64,000 bases of DNA from a virus (lineage: Duplodnaviria > Caudoviricetes): positions 36,979 to 100,978 of the IMG/VR virus record IMGVR_UViG_3300035208_002851; one strand, 5' to 3'. This document shows, piece after piece, positions 30,988 to 41,900 of this stretch; within the stretch, counting starts at the first letter, position 1; each line of letters starts with the position of its first letter. Under the pieces are notes generated by a model. That model was given only the letters and a program-made list of their open reading frames with translations. It was not told where the DNA came from and made no database searches. The position numbers and the translations under genes are program-made.

Positions 30988-31657
30988 TCATAGGGATTTC
31001 TCCAATATATCATTCATTTCACATTTAACGGTTATTAGGGCAGTCGCATTTTTATTCCAGGTAACTGGTTGTGTAGGCATTTGAAATCCTGGTACTGGTA
31101 TATAGAAACTTGTGGCATTATTACATTTTTTACAGATGAAATGACCTTGATAATGGTATACAGGCTGTAATGATTTACAACAACTACAATAGGTTTTTGT
31201 AACTCTATCCCACCATGGATCTACTGGATTAAGTTTGATTGTTTCTACTTTTTGTCCGCCCTTCTTTAACATTTTAGACTCTCCTTGGGTTTGGGTTTCC
31301 ATTGACGGGGTTTCTTGGTGATTTTAGGATGGGCTTGATTATAGTAATAACAACGACAGTAACCCATTTCGTCGCCTGCACCTTTAAAGGTGGGAAGATT
31401 GAGGCAGTAGATTTTATGCCATGAGGATTCTACTTTGGCGTCGCATTGCTCATAGTCGGGACAAGTGGTTCCACTCATAGAAGCATCGCCACTGAAAGCA
31501 GACCGAAAAAGCCAGATCCGCAGAAAAACCCAACCCCAATTGGGGCTGCTGTGTTGTAGACTTTGGAGGCTTGGAAGTAGATGTTGGATATTAGTAGAAA
31601 TACTATTGCAAGTATTCCGAAGATTATAAATCCTGTTATGTTCATTTTTATCAACAC
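30988..31657 (-). CDS. Three small overlapping ORFs (two Cys-rich, one two-TM membrane protein)
   Basis: ORFs 30988-31302, 31266-31478 and 31475-31657, collinear with the late operon. Confidence 0.45.
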
Positions 31658-32076
31658 GTACTTACGTCTTCTTGGATGTATATATACATTTTGGATTGGA
31701 ATAAAGTAGTTAGAAGACTTTTCTACATGGTCAGAATTTGAATAGTTTCAAAAAATTGGACATTTTTCATATGGAATATATTTTTTATCGTAAGACTCAA
31801 GACATGCGCAATCAGATATGGCGACGTATCGTAAGACTTAAGACTTGAATCTCACGACACATGCCTCATATCTTATCTATCACGACTACATACTCTTTAC
31901 TATCTGTCGTCTCACGATGTACTACTCAGCACTGCATGTCGTCTTACGAAGCACGATAGTTTATATACTGTTTCACACAATTTCCCAAAACTCACTATAT
32001 ATACTCTTTCTAAAAGCTTATAAAGCTTCGCAGACAATACGATACTCATAAGAACACATCTCGAATGTGATAAAGA

Positions 32077-32664
32077 ATGAGCAACAACACAAAAAAGAAA
32101 TCAGAAAACAAAGCTTTAATCGCAAAGCTTCAAGAAGAGTCAAAGACAAAAACAGTTAGTGAAGTAGCACAGCAAGCTTCGCAAACTACACAAGCTGTCA
32201 AAGTCAGAGACGTAAAAGACTTTGTCGTCAAAAAGTCAAACGTCGAACTCGACGCAGACAAACGACAAGTCATCAAAGAGCGTCGTTCTTACATGCTTTC
32301 AGCAGTCGATGACACTTCAAGCGAAGTCTACAATGCTACAATGTATCATGACGCAAACAACAACTTAGTTCTCTTCTCTCAGCAAATCGCAAACAAAGCT
32401 GTAGCTGACTACATCTCAAAGCTCGCATCGATGCAAAAATTCAACGCTCAAAACATCATGAGCTTATTGCATACATGCGGCGGTGCGTACGGTGACAAAG
32501 TTCGCAATGCACTCTTTGCGATCAGTATGCAAACAACTGCAAGCGAAATCGAAGCTGACATTAACTCAGTCGTCGCTAAAGCTAAAGAGAAAAACAAGCA
32601 GTGCATCTACTTCAACATCTTAGAAGATTCTCGACGCGCAAAATACGACTTCATCAAAATCTAA
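32077..32664 (+). CDS. Hypothetical protein (no Pro or Trp; CC/GG-free island)
   Basis: 195-aa ORF, first + strand gene after the strand switch; T-rich tract after the stop. Confidence 0.7.
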   Translation: MSNNTKKKSENKALIAKLQEESKTKTVSEVAQQASQTTQAVKVRDVKDFVVKKSNVELDADKRQVIKERRSYMLSAVDDTSSEVYNATMYHDANNNLVLFSQQIANKAVADYISKLASMQKFNAQNIMSLLHTCGGAYGDKVRNALFAISMQTTASEIEADINSVVAKAKEKNKQCIYFNILEDSRRAKYDFIKI

Positions 32665-32744
32665 GCTTCGCTCTCTCTCTTTTTTTCTTTATAAAGTCAA
32701 GCATTCACTACTTGACGTAAAAGCAAAAAAAGAACGTGAAAAAC

Positions 32745-32954
32745 ATGAACACATTAGAAAAAACAGCTAATAAAGCGCAAAAACAGCGCAAAGAAATTCA
32801 AAAAGACTTAGAAATGATTGATAACGCATTCTATCTTAGTGATACATCTCTCGCAATCAAGTACGCTAACAGTGTTATAGAACGTTCTCAAAAAATGCTC
32901 TCTCTGATTCAAGAATGCGACAAACTCATGCAAGACGTACACTTTGCACACTAA
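32745..32954 (+). CDS. Small helical hypothetical protein (island)
   Basis: GTGA before ATG; no Pro, Gly or Trp. Confidence 0.6.
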   Translation: MNTLEKTANKAQKQRKEIQKDLEMIDNAFYLSDTSLAIKYANSVIERSQKMLSLIQECDKLMQDVHFAH

Positions 32955-33030
32955 TCTCTTTTTTTTATTTCAAATAGCACTCAGCTTCTCGCTCTGTGCT
33001 TGAAAATAAACTTAAAAGAGTTGCACAACT

Positions 33031-33138
33031 ATGACTGAAGAAAAACAAGAATGTAAAACATGCAAATACAAACACTGCGCTATAGTGTGCGCATCATGCG
33101 AAGTTTTCAAAAAAACACGAAATGCGAGTGCATACTAA
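33031..33138 (+). CDS. 35-aa Cys-rich peptide (island, not in ORF track)
   Basis: MTEEKQECKTCKYKHCAIVCASCEVF. Confidence 0.5.
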   Translation: MTEEKQECKTCKYKHCAIVCASCEVFKKTRNASAY

Positions 33139-33405
33139 ATGCAATCAAACTCTGCAATCTGCAAAGAAGTGCAGCAAAAACTCTCAGATATTCGCATGCT
33201 CTCACAAATCATAGACTCTGAGCATGACGCAATCTTTGACAAAAACACAACTTTGCTCATAAGCGACAGAAAAGTCTCTCGAAACGAAATCATAGCTTGC
33301 ATAGATAAACAAGAATTTCTCATAAAAACTTTACAACTTGAAGTTACACTTCAAGTCGAACTCAAAGAGCTGTACAAAAATGACAAAACTCTACACATCT
33401 ATTAA
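33139..33405 (+). CDS. Small helical hypothetical protein (island)
   Basis: Abuts the previous ORF; no Pro, Gly or Trp. Confidence 0.55.
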   Translation: MQSNSAICKEVQQKLSDIRMLSQIIDSEHDAIFDKNTTLLISDRKVSRNEIIACIDKQEFLIKTLQLEVTLQVELKELYKNDKTLHIY

Positions 33406-33880
33406 AAATCTTCTAAGATTCTTCTTAGAGATTCAATCTATAAACTTTCAGTTTGAAATACTTGATCAGTGCATCTCTGAAGAAAAAGCAGAGTGAAACT
33501 ATCAAAGTTTTCTTTCAGCACTTCGAGTACCGTATCGTACGACTCAAGCCTTGCATCTCACGATGCCTTACTCACTCTCAAGTCTTGAATCTTACGACTT
33601 GAGCCTTACTACTCAACCGATCCTCATTCCCTTAAGATGCTCCGCAAGCCACGTTTTACAACCTTGCCTTTCCTTGCTCCGCGGAAGCTTCTATGGATTT
33701 CTCAGCAAAGTTTACACCACAGTTTCACCCACACCTTATGAGAATCTACCGTAGCTTCGCAAAGGCTCGGTAAGGAGGGGCCCAACCCTTTTTTTAAAAC
33801 TCCAATCCTAATCAAATCCTAACCCACAGCAATCTATATATAATCCTTTTGTATAGTGTCTCTTAAAAGAACGTGAAACT

Positions 33881-34144
33881 ATGACGACAAAAAAATTAAG
33901 TAAAAAAACAACGGCTGAATTTTTAAAGCTTCTTTCAGACGTTAATGCCTCTGTAATTATAGCAGAAGCAGTAGCATTCGGCCTTGATAATCATAAAGAC
34001 GCAATCGAGTCAGGCTTAGACGACAATGAAATCGGGCCTATAGAAATACAGAAAGTCTGTGAAGATTTCATAACTCTATGTCGCTACGGCAAAACAACAC
34101 AACAATGGCTTAAACAAAACAAGGTTAAAAAAGCCTTCACTTAA
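33881..34144 (+). CDS. Hypothetical protein
   Basis: Preceded by the cassette promoter (TATATAATCC) and GTGA. Confidence 0.6.
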   Translation: MTTKKLSKKTTAEFLKLLSDVNASVIIAEAVAFGLDNHKDAIESGLDDNEIGPIEIQKVCEDFITLCRYGKTTQQWLKQNKVKKAFT

Positions 34145-34859
34145 TTTTTTTTCTTATATAATCCTCCTTTCCTTACCTTGCTCCGCGACCAACAGAACAG
34201 CTTATATGCTCCTTTTCAGCACTTCAAGTATAAGTCGTGAAACTATGCAAATGAGAATTAAACGTAAAAACCGTTGCTCAAAATTTGACGCAAGAGTTCA
34301 AGAATCAGAACTTGCGGAAAACTGTGAAAAGTGCATCAAAGTAAACGGAAAATGCCTTATTATTCAAAACGAAACAACTGAGTTAAGTGGAGGATTCATG
34401 CCTGAATCGGGTGCTGGAAATACAGGAGAACAACACATTTGAGTTCCACCACTCGCACTATAGTTCCCAAAAAGAAGCAAATCGACCTCACAAGAAGCTA
34501 CTCCGGGGGAGCCCTCTTCTACCGTCCCTCAGGCGAGGTGAAGAAACTATGACTCTCAAGCAGAAGCTTCGCCTTTTTACAAAACATCGATAACGATCCA
34601 AACTTCTATATACTCTCTATGAGCCTTGTTTCTCAATCGTGAATCGTAAGATTTGCCTCTTAAACTTTGTAAGGCTGAAAGCTGCCGAACCTTGTGCCGT
34701 TCCTATCCTCTTAAGACCTTCTGTAGATACCCCACAAGGAATCTACAGTTTGTTTTGCCTATAAAATCTCCTTGAGAAATCTACAGCAGCTTCCCAACCT
34801 TTCCTAGCTTCGCATCTTGCAAGATTTAAGGCAAGGCTTCGCAGTTGTGTAAACAGAGG

Positions 34860-35300
34860 CCCAACCCATTTTTTTGGTGTTGGATTAGGATTAAATCCCT
34901 AAGGCTTTGAAGAGAAGATCGGCGGTAGCTTTACTGAAACTTGGAATTTCTTTTTGTTGCTTACGGTAGTCTTCTATTAGGTCTATAAGTTCTTGCGGTA
35001 GATACACTGAAACTGTTTTTTGCGTGTTTACACCTCTCTATTACTCTATGAGTCTAATAGACTTTTAAGGGTTTTGGTCAAAAAACAGCAAAAGTCTATT
35101 AGAATATGAGGATTTGTGCTTCCAGAGGGGGAAAAGGAGCTGGAAATGAGCTTGGATTGGAGTGGAAATAGGGATTTTTATAAATAAAAATGATAAAATA
35201 AGAGGGCCTATACATACTCTATATTACTACTACTTCTCCAGTAGTATATATAATAATAGTATATATAGTGTATAGGTGTATAGTGTGTAGAATCCTAAGC
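34860..35300. other. Non-coding region with inverted repeats and an AT-rich tract; candidate replication origin
   Basis: Perfect 14-bp IR TCTAATAGACTTTT (35053-35066)/AAAAGTCTATTAGA (35090-35103); TA-rich quasi-palindrome 35205-35285. Confidence 0.35.
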
Positions 35301-35531
35301 TAAGAAAACCATCAACAAACGTTAAATTAAGTCTTAACAACCAAACCAAGCTCTTTTAGGGATAATTGAAATCTATAAATAAATGGCTCTTTTTTAGACA
35401 CATCCATTTTGAAAGTAAGGAGAAACAAGGAGAAAAGTAAGGCTGGAACACCTAAACTGTACATCCACGTACACTTCTGTTCACTCATGTACATTTCTGT
35501 ACATCCATGTTCATTTTATTACTATTATCCT

Positions 35532-38500
35532 TTACTCCAGCTTATCCGAAGAATACAACCCATAAAGAAACACCAGCACCGCGACCGCAAAGCAAGCTAC
35601 CGCAGGCCAAAACAACCCAAACCAATCCCTCTTTAACAAGATTGCTCCAACACTAATAAGTGTCATAGATGTCACCATAAGAACCCCAACCTTAATCCAA
35701 GCCCACAGCAACCTATTCGTAGCTCCTTCCCTCAACCATACCCAAAATCCCATCTTTCAGCCCTCCCCCAAAATCTCTTTCAACTCATCATAAGAACCGC
35801 ACTTACAATGATAGTATCCGCTGCAATGCCCCACCAAAGCACTTCTCGCCTCATTAACCTGCTTTATCGCAGTTGTACCCTGGCTTTTCTCTTGGCACTT
35901 CCTGCACTCCTCAAACCATTTGCCCAAAATTACATCAATCTCCGTTTGTACATCTTCTACCTTAATCCACCCCTGTCTCTGAAACTCCTCCCACTCCACA
36001 TCCTCCTTAGTCCTCTCCGCTGTTCTCGGAATAGCCTTCTCCTTAGCCGCCAACTCCCCCTTAATTTCATTAGTTGTTTTCGCCTTGCTTTTCCAACTCA
36101 TGTTTTCACCACATACCTCACCGTGAAGCAAACATCCACTGGATGTTCTACAAGCTGCGGATAAAGATCCTCCCAATCCTGTTTAAAGAACTCCCTGTAA
36201 AACTGTCCCTTCCCTCTCAGCTTATTCAAGCAATAGTGCAACAGCAAAAACGAATCCCAATTTCCGAAAGCCTTAAACAGCTTCACCCTCTTGTAAGAGT
36301 TGTCTACCTTCAAAAGAATCTCCGTGTTATTCCAAAAGCATCTATACCACGGCAGTTTTCTTTCTTCCAGAATCGTTATCTTCATCTTTCAGTCACACTC
36401 TATGAGTATCACAACTCATAAGGACTACTTAAAGCTTTGCTACGCTGCTACGGCCAAAATACACAAATACTCCAAGCAAACTATTCCTCCCAAAGTGCCT
36501 AACGCACAGCAGAACCAAATCAGCTCCCAATCAGTACCTGCGATGTTTCTATCATACCAACCCTGCCTCTTTCTCCCCAGCTCCATACCCCTTTGTAGAA
36601 CCTCCCCACATCTCTCACAAGTGAAACTATCCTTTCCTTTCCATTTTTCATCAAAAGGTTACACCTCATGCCCTAACCAAAAACAAAGCTTTCTTCTAAA
36701 GTTTAGACCTTTCATCTTTACTCGACCTTCCGTATCTACCGCCCTCTAACCATCCATGCCATGAAAGACTTAATCGAGAACCAACATGGTATAGTTATGC
36801 GGGTCTCGGCTACTTCCAGTCTATTTAGAACTACGGCGGATGCGTTCCTTCGTGCACTCCGCGTAATCATCCTACCTCAAGAGCTCCTCAAGTTCTACCT
36901 CAGCTCGTTTCACTTCACTTCGCCTCCCTCAACTTCCTCAATTTTTTCTCAAGGAAGAACTTCGACCAAACATAACAGCGTATCTCCGCGAACCATCCAT
37001 CGCATTTTTCTTCCCTATAGATACATCTGCTAAATTGACAGCCTTTAATTTTCATTCAGTTTCACTCTCTATAAGTTTTACACGCAAACGGCTTACTTAA
37101 AGCTATCGCGACGCACAGGACTACTTTTTGTGGGGTGTGTTGCAATACTGGGTTCTTGTTGTTTCTACCTGTTTTTGTTGGCAGCGTCCCCAAACACCTT
37201 GTTTTGGCTTCTTCCAATCTTTACATTCTTCACATGACACTATCTTGCTTCCTACTATCTCCCCTATTTTCTGCGCATCCTTTCTAAAGGACTTCATTAT
37301 TTGCTCCGCTTCCTGCTCTGCTTCCTCTTTAGTAGGCAAGAAATACTGATCGCACTTTAAGTGACCCTTCGGGCACTTCTTCTCCTTTCCACCGCACTTC
37401 AAGCAAGTATTCCTCTCAATCTGATAGTACACCTCTAGAGCCCTTTCAAAAATCCTCCTTCGCTCCTCCGTTGGCGGTTTCTTCATTTCCTCCTCTAAAA
37501 ACCTTCCCTGTTCCTCAGTTAAAATTGGTATCGGTTTCGGTCTCATTAGACTGTAAGTCTCCCACTTATTGCGTGACGTTCAGCACACATACCATGAGTT
37601 TCAACGATATCTTTTTCCCAATCATTAATCATTCGTAATGTATCGGTAAGAGTTGCGTTCTTTGGCAGTTTAGAAAGGCGGTAAGTTAGGTTAGTTTCTA
37701 CTTTGCAGTATGGACAAATTTGAGATACGCATGGTTCTTCGGGAATTGGCTTACCATCAATCGGACTTAGAAACTGCAAGTCACACGCTATGTCCTCGAC
37801 TTCGTCCTCTAACAGCTTGATCTTTTTCTGCCGTTTCTCCTTCTCCTCATTCTCCAGAACCACCTTCACCTCATAATCAATCTCCTTTCCCCCTCTGAAA
37901 ACGTGAATGTCCGACACATTCTTGAGTATATACAAGTCATGTATCATACTCTTGACCTCCTCAAGATCCTCCTCTTTCTCAAATTGCCTCAAGATAAAAG
38001 CCCTCTCCGGAGCATGTGAACAGTACACTATCGCAAACGAAAAATTCTCCTTAGCATCCTTAAAAATCGAGTTTCGCTTAGAAGTATAATCCTCTAAGTC
38101 TCTTTCTAACCAATTTACGCTTGTCTGAATGTAACTCATATTTTTGCACACTCTAAAGAGTTCTACAGCAGCGGCTTATAAAAAGCTTTGCTGACACAAC
38201 GGTTTTATAAAAAGGTAGAGTTTTCACCAACTACCAATATAATCTGGGTCACAAAGTTTTACCATTCCACATTTACAACACTCATATTTAAACTTATTTT
38301 CTATTACTTTAAATCTTCCGTGTTTCTTAACAACATCAACTTCCCCTATATAATGGTAACAATGAAAAATATGCATCTTATCACCTCACAACCCCACTTC
38401 CTTGAAGAACGTCACCGCATCCCAATCCTTGAGAATCTCGTAACTACCGCTAATCTCCTTATCCTCCATAAGGATACCACCCACACTCTTTTTGTATCTA

Positions 38501-38883
38501 TAAACTGCGTCACTCCAACTAAAGACATACTCCTTGTTACCACCTCTCGGTGTGTACACCACACTTCCCTTCTCTCTAACTAAGGCGTCAAACTTTGCGC
38601 TTTTCGTTCTACAGACATCTAACTCCGCGCCTTTCGCAGCCGGTATCACATCTATATGCCGTTTGCACCACGTACACTCCGTGATAACCTCCTTATATCC
38701 CTCCCAATTTTTCTGACAATACGGACAGTAATGTTTAAACCTCTGTTTCGCCGCTGTTGCAACGCGCCTCTTCTCCTTTAAGAGCGCCAGCTGGGCTTGC
38801 AGCAACCTAATCTCATCATCTATACTTCTTTCCAAAGTTATACATCCTACTACTACTATAAGTGATACACAACTAATAGTCAT
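35532..38883 (-). CDS. Cluster of small minus-strand hypothetical genes (35532-35753 membrane; 35757-36101; 36098-36385; 37121-37546; 37546-38151; 38386-38883)
   Basis: Several are preceded by minus-strand copies of the cassette promoter; Cys clusters. Confidence 0.5.
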
Positions 38884-38952
38884 ATATGGATAATATAAAC
38901 CCTCTGGTTTTCAACATTTATATAATCCTAAAAGCACTACTACTCTTAAAGA

Positions 38953-41900
38953 GTGAAACATATGTTAGTCTGCATGTATAACATACCAAAAGAATTGATG
39001 ACCCTTAAACCAGAATGTAAAGACTGCTTCTTCCGAAGGGGTCCGGCATGTACTGGGTCCTTCGAAAACCTTAAAATAAGCCAAGATTACGGCGGGCTAC
39101 GCAAATGCAAAGAAACCGATGAATACCTCAAGCAATTCTTAGCCGAAGAACTCGGCAGACTCGGTGACATCAAAAACAAATATGTCGTCATTATGGCTCA
39201 AGTAGAAGACCGGTGTTTCTACGCAGAGGCCCTTGATACCCAACAACAAGTGGAAGAAAACATCCTCACTTCTATGGCAGAAGACGAGTTTAACAACCAC
39301 CAGTATTGGATATTCTACAACGGTAAAGAACTCGAATGGGAAGAAGAGTACCACATCATCATAAAATAACCCTTCTGGATGTTAAACTATAAATAATCCT
39401 CTTTTCTCTTCTCTCTTAAAGAGTGTGTAACAAGCATGAAACCCATAAAAGAATTAGACCCAAGAACAACCCTCTTCTTCTACTACGAGGTTAAATCCAG
39501 CAGTAACAAACCAAACATACCCATGCTTATAGCCTTCATAAACGGTCCAAGCGAAACAAAACACGATGAAATCCAAAAAGAACTCCTCGAAATCATAAAC
39601 CGTGACATCAACCCATATACCAAACGCTCCTGGCTCTTCTCAATTAAAAGTAGAAACAACGATTACTTCCGAGACATCGTTAACCTCAACGTCTTCGGCC
39701 ACTCAGCGTTCTACCTCCACCTAAACGTTCCCTTTGATGTCGTCAAAATTACAAGCAAAGGCGAAAAAGTCCTCATCATAAACCTAGGTGACGAATCCTA
39801 AGCTTCTCTAAAGCTTTATATAATCCCTTCTCTTTTTATTTTTTAAAGAATGAGTGAAACAACATGCAAATAGGTTATGATTCAACAAAACACGCAATCT
39901 TAGATCCTCAAGTTGCTGCTGCTTCCTTTTCAGTTCCCGGTGATTTAACCCTGCAATCCTGTGAATACATGATTTCCTTCCTTGAAAAAATGCTTGCCGA
40001 CTGCCTTAAACAAAAAGAATTCCTCTTGTGTTCTAAGAAGCATCCGTGCGAACACTTCTGCACTATAGACACCTTTTGCTACAAAGGCGGTTTATATGGG
40101 GTTCCTCCATGTACTGAAGTCCAACTATCCTACGAATTTCTCTACTATCCCGGCTACAACGGAACTCTATCCACACGACGTTCCATAAAATAAGCTTTCC
40201 AAATCGTCTAAAACTTTATATCATCCCTTTACTCTTTTTTTTCAAGTGAAACAACATGACAAACAACAACATCGGTCAAGCCCTTCTCATAATTGCAGCC
40301 CTCTATTTCTATTACACAATCAACCTACACTGGGTTATTGTATTAGCCATGTGTCTTTTAGCAACACTCACCTGGACCTACCCCGGCTTCAGCAAAGAGC
40401 GCAAGCGCCTTATTGACGCCCAAGTTGAAACTCTCAGAGCTAAAGCAGCCTACTACCGCTCAAAGCTCTGCGACTAAAGCCTTCAAAGCTTCACCAATAA
40501 AATTCACAATCTTTATATTCTCCTTTTTCTCTCTCTTTTTTCAAAGAACGTGACAAACTATGAACAAACCTAAAGTTGAAACAATCCCAAAAATTCATCT
40601 ACTTGAAAAAGATCCAGAAGATGGATCCGTTTTCACCGTCTCCAAATATGACCTCATTGACTTCGACAAATGCAATAAAAGCCATGACATGTCAGGTTCC
40701 CTAATGAACCATCCCATGGTTGAATAAGAGATGGTGACGAACTTAAGGGTAAAGCACTCTACCTTCAAAAGTCATACAACTGGAAGATAGTTGAAGACTC
40801 CGAAGGCTCCATCTGTCTTATCGCCATCAAAAAGTAAACAACCGTCGGCCAAGCGAAGATTTATCAGTACCAACTTTCAGTACTACTCATAGATGTCTAT
40901 GAGTATAACAACTCCAGTATGCTATAGCTGTCGTCACTATCTTCCGATGAAGCGGAAACGCGGCAAGCGCTGCCTCTTCGGCTACAGTATGTATATCTAC
41001 AAGTGTAAACATCATGTCCCTTCGGTACGACTCATTAGCGACTTCTTCTGCACTTCGTGGCTGGAACTCTTAGACGACCTTGAGGCTTTGCCGAGTACGA
41101 ATGTTTATATTCTCCGCAGTCGTAACAGACTCAAAGAGAGTTGACATAAAATGAGCGAATTAGAGGTTCAACTTAAAAAAGCACAAGAATCCCACAACTG
41201 GTTTGCACCCTCAATGTTTATCACCAGCTACGGTAAACGGGGTTTTAAAATCGAAGTTTCTGCCTACAAACACAACCCTGATGGGTCTATAGAAACCGAC
41301 GACTTCAACATCGACGGTTCAAACTACGCAAAAACCAAAAAAGCTTTCTGGCAAGCCTGGAATTCCAAACATCACAATGCTACCCTCTCAATCCTAAAAT
41401 CAGTCAGCTCTTACGGTTTATAAAATAGGTGAAACATCTATGAGTAAAACAACATCCGACAAAGCCTTAGAAGAATTTATCTCTTCACTTGAAACTCAAG
41501 GCATGGCATGCGGTGAAATCATCGGTGAGTATCTACAGCGAAGCTACCCCAAAGCCACCGTTTTCAAGTTCTACAGAAGTGCAATCGCCTTCCAACAAAT
41601 TCCTAAAACTAAAAGACTTAAAGTTATCGCCTGCGGTGACCCCCACTGTATGGGTCGTGAACTCACTCCTGAAGAACTCAAGAAGTGGACAACTGTCAGC
41701 TACATCGAAGGCGACCGTTTCGGCCCCATTCTCAACGTGAAACTTCCAGAACAAAAAGCAGAATCCATCTATCTCTCAACTTGTCATTAACTACAAGGTG
41801 AGTTTCACTTGACCTGCCAAGACTGCCAAGTTGCTTCGCAAGACTGCTCTTCGAGTGCATACTGCCGCTTGTCAGGGCTCCGCCTCTCTCAAGAGGACTA

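Larger units (their letters stand above)
31786..33597. repeat. Imperfect direct and inverted repeats flanking the CC/GG-free island
   Basis: 31825-31857 vs 33531-33563 direct, 29/33 identical; 31788-31803 vs 33582-33597 inverted, 15/16. Confidence 0.75.

Noticed and set aside
35808-37033. Long + strand ORFs (35808, 36074, 36300, 36761)
   Set aside because: Likely shadow frames of a C/T-rich strand; promoters and ribosome-binding motifs point to minus-strand genes
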